In this document: one piece after another, positions 57,428-64,000 of the stretch
Numbering within the stretch: the first letter of the stretch is position 1
Layout of the letters: each line of letters opens with the position of its first letter
The notes under the pieces: generated by a model
Databases searched by the model: none
Told to the model about the DNA's origin: nothing
Seen by the model: the letters and a program-made list of their open reading frames with translations, nothing else
NCBI GenBank assembly: GCA_964459635.1
Contig: CAYWMQ010000002.1
Location: forward strand, 6,776-70,775
Length of the DNA: 64,000 bases
Direction of reading: 5' to 3'
Source: an uncultured Candidatus Saccharibacteria bacterium
Lineage (GTDB): Bacteria; Patescibacteriota; Minisyncoccia; Phycocordibacterales; UBA12088
Program-made: the position numbers and the translations under genes

Positions 57428-57483
57428 TATATCACGAAGAGAGGCCGTCCAAAGGACAGCCTCTACGCACTCGTTGCGCGTTG

Positions 57484-57654
57484 CTAGGTAACAATACGCG
57501 CATCAACCACCCTGGAGCCGTTTTTCGCGTACCATGCACGAACACGCTCAAGCTGCGCCCGCGCCTCTTCCATGCTCGTGTTTTCCGGAAGCTGGTACGC
57601 GACCGGAATTTTTTTACCAGTCGTTGCGATGTAGCTGAAGGTTAGCTGCATTGC
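57484..57654 (-). CDS. Small hypothetical protein (56 aa; below the ORF-track cutoff)
   Basis: Hand-translated MQLTFSYIATTGKKIPVAYQLPENTSMEEARAQLERVRAWYAKNGSRVVDARIVT; possibly co-transcribed with the ORF upstream. Confidence 0.25.
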   Translation of the reverse strand, partial: AMQLTFSYIATTGKKIPVAYQLPENTSMEEARAQLERVRAWYAKNGSRVVDARIVT

Positions 57655-57670
57655 ACTGCCTCCCCTTGCA

Positions 57671-57946
57671 CTAGTTCCGCAGACATGCCCGGTAGACCGC
57701 GCTGTCGCTCAGTGGCTCCACGTCCTCACGTCTAAAGCCGTGCGCACAAAGCGGGACGCTAGCAAACGCAATCCATGCTTTGCCTGCTTCATCGTACGCT
57801 ACTGTGAGGGCCAATTCTGCATCGCCCTCAAAGCGAACGACGAAGTACGTACCTGGAACGGGGGCATCTTGATCGGTGCCTCCGTGGCCGGTAGGCACGA
57901 ATTCGCGTTCGCGTAAGACTTTAGAATAGTTCATCATCGCCTCCAA
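57671..57946 (-). CDS. Hypothetical protein (91 aa)
   Basis: ORF only. Confidence 0.35.
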   Translation of the reverse strand: MEAMMNYSKVLREREFVPTGHGGTDQDAPVPGTYFVVRFEGDAELALTVAYDEAGKAWIAFASVPLCAHGFRREDVEPLSDSAVYRACLRN

Positions 57947-58000
57947 TCGCTAGGCCCAGCTCAGCAGCAGCAGCTGGGTGGATTGCTACCCGTCGCAATT

Positions 58001-59710
58001 TTACAACGTTGCGATAGATATGTCAACAATCCTCATCCGTAGCTCCGGCGTACGTTTGAAGTATGAAGCCTCAAGGTAGCCGGTGAGCGTCACATGGTCG
58101 CCGGCCTTACTACCCCACTTCTCCGGCTTCGTGAAAAAAGCGATGCCGTGTACAGGACCGCGCGCGCCTCTAAAGGAGACTTCGAGATGCTCGTTTGCTT
58201 TGCCGAATGTTCGCACCTGTTCGAGCGCGACGTCCGCGAGCTCCAGCAGGGGGCGCGGGTTGCCTTCGCCAAAAGGCGCAAAGCGCGCAAGCTCGCGATA
58301 GAGCGGCCAATCAAGCTCGCTCGGCTCTATACGGTAGGCCGTCTGTGACGCGGGCAGCTCGCTCGGAGCTGCCGTATCGAATGCAGCGTCGAGCGCGTCT
58401 TCGAGGGTAAAGAGCTGTTCCTCTGCGATACTGAAACCGCCTGAGAAAGCGTGCCCTCCGTACTCAATGAAGCGCGTGCTCACCTGCTGCATCAAACCAT
58501 GCACGTTTGCGCCGTTGTATGAGCGGCATGAGCCCTTAATGGTAACACCCTCCTCCCTTCCCCAGAGGAAGACCGGGCGCTCGTACTCCTCGGCGAGCGT
58601 GTTCGCCACGAGCCCTAAGAGCGAGGGCTTCCACATGACGTCGCCGAGTACCACCACGCGCGCCAAACTCGCGCGCGCCGCGAGCCTTGTGCGCGCCTCT
58701 TTCACCATAGCCGCTACGTACCCCTTGCGAGCCGCATTTATTTTTTCGAGCTCATCGGCAAGCTGCGCCGCAACGACCTCATCCGTGGTCGAAAGCAGGC
58801 GAAATGCATCCGCCGCGTGCCCCATGCGTGAAGCGGCATTGATGCGGGGCGCTATGGTAAAGCCGATGTCTTCTTCGGTGAGGTACTGTTGGCGTGCGCG
58901 CGCTTTCTTGAGTAATGCCTGTAGCCCCGGGCGGCGCGACTTCCGCAGCACCACCAGTCCGTAGTGTGCGAACGCTCTGTTCTCGCCCGTAAGCGGCACC
59001 ATGTCGGCTATGGTCGCCATGCCAACCATGTCCAAGAGCCACTTTTCCCACCCTGCGGGTGGAAGGTTTAAGGTTTCAGGTTCCAGGTTTGAGAGATGGC
59101 GGAGCAGGCCCTGGACAAGCTTAAAGGCGACACCGGCGCCACAGAGCATGGGCTCGGGGTACGCACAGTCCGCTTGTTTGGGGTTGAGTATCGCGTACGC
59201 CGGGGGCAGCGTCTCGCCCGGTATGTGGTGGTCCGTCACAATGACTTCAAGGCCGATGCTGTTCGCATAGGCGACGTGCTCATTGTCCGCTATGCCGCAG
59301 TCTATGGTGATCACGAGCGATACGCCGTCCTTCTTGAGCGCATCAAGACCGGGCGCGTTCAGCCCAAAGCCGTCTTTGTTGCGGTGCGGTGTGTGATGCA
59401 CTACGTGTGCATATCCGAACATGCGGAAGAGATCCCACAGCACCACCGCTCCCGGTATGCCGTCCATGTCGTAATCACTCCAGAGCGCTATGCGCTCGCC
59501 GCGCTCCATGGCATGCGTCACGCGCTCACACACGCGTGCCATGTCCTTCATGAGAAAAGGGTCGTGTGTGTCGCGCTCCCAGTCGGGCGCAAGAAAACGC
59601 TCCGCCGCCTCTGCGTCCTCAATACCGCGCGCCGCGAGCAGCCGCGCCGTCAAAGGCGGATATCCTGCCCGCGCGGCGTCGCGCACGAAGTCTGCTGCGG
59701 GCTCCTCCAT
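58001..59710 (-). CDS. recJ: Single-stranded-DNA-specific exonuclease RecJ
   Basis: DHH and DHHA1 motifs (DYDMDG, VTDHH, GGH). Start chosen at MEEPAADF to avoid overlap with the upstream gene. Confidence 0.85.
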   Translation of the reverse strand: MEEPAADFVRDAARAGYPPLTARLLAARGIEDAEAAERFLAPDWERDTHDPFLMKDMARVCERVTHAMERGERIALWSDYDMDGIPGAVVLWDLFRMFGYAHVVHHTPHRNKDGFGLNAPGLDALKKDGVSLVITIDCGIADNEHVAYANSIGLEVIVTDHHIPGETLPPAYAILNPKQADCAYPEPMLCGAGVAFKLVQGLLRHLSNLEPETLNLPPAGWEKWLLDMVGMATIADMVPLTGENRAFAHYGLVVLRKSRRPGLQALLKKARARQQYLTEEDIGFTIAPRINAASRMGHAADAFRLLSTTDEVVAAQLADELEKINAARKGYVAAMVKEARTRLAARASLARVVVLGDVMWKPSLLGLVANTLAEEYERPVFLWGREEGVTIKGSCRSYNGANVHGLMQQVSTRFIEYGGHAFSGGFSIAEEQLFTLEDALDAAFDTAAPSELPASQTAYRIEPSELDWPLYRELARFAPFGEGNPRPLLELADVALEQVRTFGKANEHLEVSFRGARGPVHGIAFFTKPEKWGSKAGDHVTLTGYLEASYFKRTPELRMRIVDISIATL

Positions 59711-59715
59711 ATTTA

Positions 59716-61113
59716 ACGCGCACGCGAATGCTCGGGACTCTCGCCGCGTGCATTTTCGCGAAACCACGTGAGGAGGGTACGCGTGTCTTGCTTCCAGTCA
59801 TCGGAGCCGAGCACCACCACACATACCACGCGCGTGCGCCCGTCTACCACTACCGTAAAAAGCCCGACGGATGTCTGTCGCGCCTCATCCGTAAAGCCGA
59901 GCTTTCCTCCCATGAAGTGCGGGTCCCGCGCGAGTTTGTTCTGGTTTTGCACCGGCCACTCTGTGCCGTCACTCGCGGTAATGGTCATGCTGTCGTCGCC
60001 TGAAATATCGAGCAGTCCCCGTTTGCTGTGGTAGAGATACCTGCCCAAGACGGTGAGATCTTCCGCGGTCGAAACATTGCGCGGTGATAGACCCGATGCA
60101 TCGGCAAAGCTTGTGTTATACATTCCAAGCGCGCGTGCTTTCGTGTTCATGCGCGCGATGAACTTCGCGGTACCGTGATGAGCAGCGAGACTCTCCGCTA
60201 CGCCGTTGTCGGACGCGAGAAAGAGCGGATAGTAGAGCTCACCCACTATGTACGCGCGCCCGCGCACATCTACCTCTTCATTAAGCCCGATGACTTCGGA
60301 TGCCACGAGCGCGGTCGTGAGCTTGGTAATGGATGCCACAGGATAGCGAAGCTCCGCATTTTTCGTGAGGTACATATCACCCGTCACCGCATCGCGTACC
60401 GCAAAGGCGCGCGCGGAGACAGCCGGGGCTGTGTCGTGACGCACAGACACGGCACCCACCGTGGCTGCAATGTCCGGTACCGGGGCGAGCACGTAGACTT
60501 GATCACCCACTTCGGTCTCCGCATAGAGCTCCGCAGCATCGCTCGCATGGAGCCGTACACCCGCGAGCGGCGATGGTGCGCTCGCCTCTTCCTCGTCCAT
60601 ATCGGCTGTGCCATATACCGAATAGCGTTCGTTGAAGCGTAAACGAAAAGGCATGTACCGCTTGTCCACCTCCGAGTACCCGAGCTCTTCCTTAGCCTCC
60701 ACGGTAAAAAGCCCTGCCGGGACTCTATCGGGCCCGCTCGGATCACTGTGCGCGAGCACCTCATACGTGGCCACCTCCTCGCCGTCTTCGTACACCGTGA
60801 GTTTCATGGCAGGCAGGTCGATACCAATGAAGCCTCCGCTCTCAGGAACATACTCGTCAACGGTGCGCGGAGCCTGGCCCACATCCGCCACAGCCTGTGT
60901 GGCGTTTGCCTCAAGCGCACCCCGCAGGCGCTCCATCGCTCGCGCCATGAGCGGACTGCTGTGAGACGCGGGCACCGTGGCCGGGGCGCCGTACACATGA
61001 CGACCTACCGCGGTGCCGCTCAGGTGCGCAAAACCGGCGAGCGCAAGCACCAGCACGCACAGCTTGATGAGAAAAAAGAAGCCCTGGCTGTCAAAGGAAA
61101 AGTTACGCGGCAT
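59716..61113 (-). CDS. D-alanyl-D-alanine carboxypeptidase (S11/PBP5-like) with an N-terminal L,D-transpeptidase-like domain
   Basis: SITK (SxxK), SDN-like YPLFLASDN and KTG-like motifs; signal peptide; paralog of 10031..11458. Confidence 0.7.
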
Positions 61114-61182
61114 ACGATATGCTGGGCTTGAAACTTCGCTCTATTTTAGCATATACTTGCAATCACTCGCACACGACCTATC

Positions 61183-61602
61183 ATGAACGCCACACTTTTC
61201 ACGAGGATCATACAACGCGAAATTCCAGCGGAGATAGTATACGAAGATGAGCATACCCTCGCGTTTCTAGACATCAAGCCCAACAACCCGGGCCACACCC
61301 TGGTGGTGCCAAAAACACCGTACCGAAACATATTCGACGTGCCCGAACAAGAGTGGCTCGCGGTGGCTCGCACCGTGCGACTGCTTGCACCGATACTCAT
61401 GCGCGCAGTAGGTGCGGAGGGTGTCAACATCAAGATGAACAACGGGGACGCGGCGGGCCAAGAGATCCCGCACCTACATGTGCATCTCATTCCCCGCTTT
61501 ACGAACGATGGCCATACGCACTGGGCGGGCAAAGAAACGCGCAAGGAAGAGCTCGCGCGCGTGAGAGAAGCGGTGCGCGCGGAACGTTCGCAGGCCGCAT
61601 AA
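61183..61602 (+). CDS. HIT-family (histidine triad) hydrolase
   Basis: HLHVHLIP histidine triad motif. Confidence 0.85.
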   Translation: MNATLFTRIIQREIPAEIVYEDEHTLAFLDIKPNNPGHTLVVPKTPYRNIFDVPEQEWLAVARTVRLLAPILMRAVGAEGVNIKMNNGDAAGQEIPHLHVHLIPRFTNDGHTHWAGKETRKEELARVREAVRAERSQAA

Positions 61603-61633
61603 AAGCACCGCCCCGGTTGGGGCGGTGTAGTGG

Positions 61634-62011
61634 TCACGGTGTCTGCATGAGCTCCAGCACCTTCTCTGCAGGAAGCACGCACAGGTGGCTTTTTGGGGAG
61701 TACTCTTCCAGCACTTTCCAACCGTACGGGTAGTGTCGCGCCAAGAGCCGATCGACCACAAAAGCATCTGCGCTGAACGCGCGCAGTGAATTGAAGTGGA
61801 TGCGCAACTTCCGCGCCACACACTTCGTAGTTGCCACATAGAGCCGTTCTTTGTAGTAGAACAGCACGAGTTTGGCTGTATTTCCGGTGAGCAGTTCTGC
61901 AATAGGCCGCCATGCGGCCCTACCGCATCGTGCGACAGGCTCACCTATAGCGACCGTCCAGCCACGTGCGGTCGCCACTTGCTGTATTTCCTCCAGAACG
62001 CTATTTGACAC
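61634..62011 (-). CDS. Hypothetical protein (125 aa)
   Basis: ORF only. Confidence 0.35.
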   Translation of the reverse strand: MSNSVLEEIQQVATARGWTVAIGEPVARCGRAAWRPIAELLTGNTAKLVLFYYKERLYVATTKCVARKLRIHFNSLRAFSADAFVVDRLLARHYPYGWKVLEEYSPKSHLCVLPAEKVLELMQTP

Positions 62012-62064
62012 AGCACCTCCTTACTATGGCTCTTTTATGTACGCTACTGTATTTGGCCACGCTG

Positions 62065-62685
62065 TCAACTGGCTGCAGGTGCGCTGGCGTGCCGAGGTCG
62101 TCTATACGCCAGGAAAATTGCCGCACATGCCGCACCGAGGCCGTTTGCCACCAAGTCGAGCGCCGTATTGAGGTAGCCACCGACACCTGTCGAGGGGAGT
62201 GCCGCGTACGCCGCAAACTCCACCACCTCATTGAGCGCACCAAAGCCCATGCCAGCCATCGCCGCAACGAACGCGACCACACCGAGGCGTGCGCCTGCGC
62301 GAAGCTGTGGCGCAAGGAGCTCGTACGAAGCAAGCGTGGCCACGAAGAAGCCGTAAAAATGCACAACTTGGTCGTACTTGAGGATGATATCGTCACCTGA
62401 GCGCCAGAGGTCGACAAGCACGAGCCGGTAGAGCACCTCACCGTTTGCCAGCACCACACCGCCGCCCGCCATGTGGAGGAGCGACCACACAGAGAGCATG
62501 ACCAGAAGCGGCACAGAAAAGCGCGTCCGGTGCAGCGTAGCAAAAATGAGCACCCCAAGCACTAAGACCTGCGCGGCGTATGCCACGAACTCGTAGTTGC
62601 CCTGCGCAACAAACGCCAGCGAAAAGGGCACCAGGTACGCGAGGTTGAGTGCCGTAAAGAGGAGGTGTGTGCGCGTGAAGGTCAT
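62065..62685 (-). CDS. Hypothetical polytopic membrane protein
   Basis: 206 aa, about 6 TM helices. Confidence 0.5.
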   Translation of the reverse strand: MTFTRTHLLFTALNLAYLVPFSLAFVAQGNYEFVAYAAQVLVLGVLIFATLHRTRFSVPLLVMLSVWSLLHMAGGGVVLANGEVLYRLVLVDLWRSGDDIILKYDQVVHFYGFFVATLASYELLAPQLRAGARLGVVAFVAAMAGMGFGALNEVVEFAAYAALPSTGVGGYLNTALDLVANGLGAACAAIFLAYRRPRHASAPAAS

Positions 62686-62697
62686 GGGTACAGGCGG

Positions 62698-63840
62698 CTA
62701 CGCAGCCGGTGATCGCTCAAGTGCGGTCACACCGGGGAGTGTGCCGTCCACCAGGTAGTCGAGCATCGCGCCGCCGCCTGTCGACATGAAGCTGAACTTT
62801 TCTTCAAGGTGCAACGTGCGTATTGCGGCCACAGTGTCTCCTCCCCCCACTATAGACTGCGCGGATGAGTCTGCCACAAGCTGCGCCACCGACTGAGTGC
62901 CCTGTGTGAAGCCGCCTTCGTAGAGGCCAAGCGGGCCGTTCCAAAGCACAAACGCCGCACGCGCAATATGGACACCGAGTGCAGTGACCGACTCGGGGCC
63001 GACATCTACGATGCGATCCTCCGGCCCCACGTTCTGTACCGCTTTCTGCTGTACACCTTGCGGTGTTTCCACCGTCACATCCACGGGAAGCAGGAGCTTG
63101 CCCGAGGCCAAGAGCTCCGCAAGCGCCGGGTCACCGTCGGACACGAGCGACTTGCCTATCGGCAGTCCCTGTGCGCGCAGAAAGTCATTTGCGAGCGCGC
63201 CGCCGATGAATATATGGTCGTACCGGGGCAGCGAAGACTTAAGCAGTGGCTCCTTTGTCTCAAACTTGGCGCCTCCCAGTATGAGTAGCGAGGGACTCTC
63301 GGGTGCCAGACCCTTTGCGAGCTTGGTAAGTTCACGCTCCAGGAGCAGCCCTGCAAAGCCCGGTATGCGCGCAGGCACACCCACGACCGATGCGGCCGGT
63401 CGGTGACACACGCCAAATGCGTCATTGACGTACAGGTCGGCAAGCGAGGCGAGTGATTCGCTGAGCGCATCGCCATTTTCCTGCTCACCGGCGTCGCGGC
63501 GCAGATTTTCAAGGAGAAGCACACCGCCCTCGGGGAGCTCCGCTATCGCGCGCCGGGCCTCTTCTCCGACAAGGTCACTCACAAAGCGTGCCTGCGGCAT
63601 GAGCTCACGCAACACCTCGTACACAGGCACAAGCGACTCCTCCGGCTTGCGGCCAAGGTGCGCGCATACGATCACTTTTGCGCCACGGTCAGAGAGATAT
63701 TGAAGCGTGGGCACTGCAGACTCGATACGAAAACGGTCGCCCGCCTTGCCGTCCTTGACGGGTACGTTAAACTCCGCCCGCACGAGCACGCGCTTGCCGC
63801 GCAGCTCCGGCATATCCTTCAGGGTACGAAATGTTGCCAT
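62698..63840 (-). CDS. pgk: Phosphoglycerate kinase
   Basis: 380 aa; PGK N- and C-domain signatures (RxDFNVP, GGGA). Confidence 0.9.
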   Translation of the reverse strand: MATFRTLKDMPELRGKRVLVRAEFNVPVKDGKAGDRFRIESAVPTLQYLSDRGAKVIVCAHLGRKPEESLVPVYEVLRELMPQARFVSDLVGEEARRAIAELPEGGVLLLENLRRDAGEQENGDALSESLASLADLYVNDAFGVCHRPAASVVGVPARIPGFAGLLLERELTKLAKGLAPESPSLLILGGAKFETKEPLLKSSLPRYDHIFIGGALANDFLRAQGLPIGKSLVSDGDPALAELLASGKLLLPVDVTVETPQGVQQKAVQNVGPEDRIVDVGPESVTALGVHIARAAFVLWNGPLGLYEGGFTQGTQSVAQLVADSSAQSIVGGGDTVAAIRTLHLEEKFSFMSTGGGAMLDYLVDGTLPGVTALERSPAA

Positions 63841-64000
63841 AGGTGGAAATGATTACAAAATAATGCGGTAATAATGAGAGGCGTAAACCCATGAGCTCTG
63901 CATGGGGACCAACGCGAAAAGGTATTGGAAAAATGATACTTAGTATTCTCACCCTACAATACTACGTATCATTTTTTTCCGAGCGCCTTTTCCGGCTTTC

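Noticed and set aside
57231-57483. SRP (4.5S) RNA, on the basis of a GGAA-capped GC hairpin ggggggtcagg-GGAACA-cctggaccccc
   Set aside because: It lacks the conserved domain IV internal-loop sequence (AGGUCAGGUCCGGAAGGAAGCAGCC). The same region also shows an RNase H motif remnant, so a decayed gene duplicate explains it better.

Overview
The window is a high-GC (about 60%) bacterial chromosome segment. Most of it is housekeeping genes: a type IV pilus / competence block (pilT, a response regulator, pilB, pilM, N/O/P-like genes, comFC); recG; ftsH; infC-rpmI-rplT; and a long minus-strand str/S10/spc ribosomal supercluster running from rpsL down to adk and map. The gene order and the absence of an L30 gene between rpsE and rplO fit a CPR/Patescibacteria-like lineage, but that is inference only. 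Other features include two tRNAs (Ser-GCT, and one whose anticodon I read as UAU), a RelE/Phd pair, two L,D-transpeptidase/DD-carboxypeptidase-like fusion paralogs, a split comEC, rnhA with an adjacent 5' fragment, recJ, HIT and pgk. The non-routine content is as follows. (1) A short low-GC two-gene island directly 3' of tRNA-Ser encodes a protein with H-Y-E (PARP-like) ADP-ribosyltransferase motifs; a perfect 105-bp tandem duplication overlaps the tRNA 5' end. (2) The ribosomal supercluster is broken in three places. About 2.1 kb of lower-GC DNA with three monocistronic, terminator-bounded hypothetical ORFs sits between rpsG and fusA. A PIN-PhoH gene sits between fusA and tuf. An IS982-like element with a 7-bp target duplication, plus two promoter-driven small ORFs, sits between rpsJ and rplC. 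(3) A dispersed family of ACGAATG/CATTCGT heptad arrays, some forming long inverted repeats, occupies intergenic spacers of the r-protein operons. Together with CU-rich repeat tracts, an attenuator-like rplC leader and a promoter-plus-terminator structured RNA ahead of rpmB, this suggests an unusual and undescribed layer of regulation or repeat-element biology inside the translation-apparatus gene clusters.
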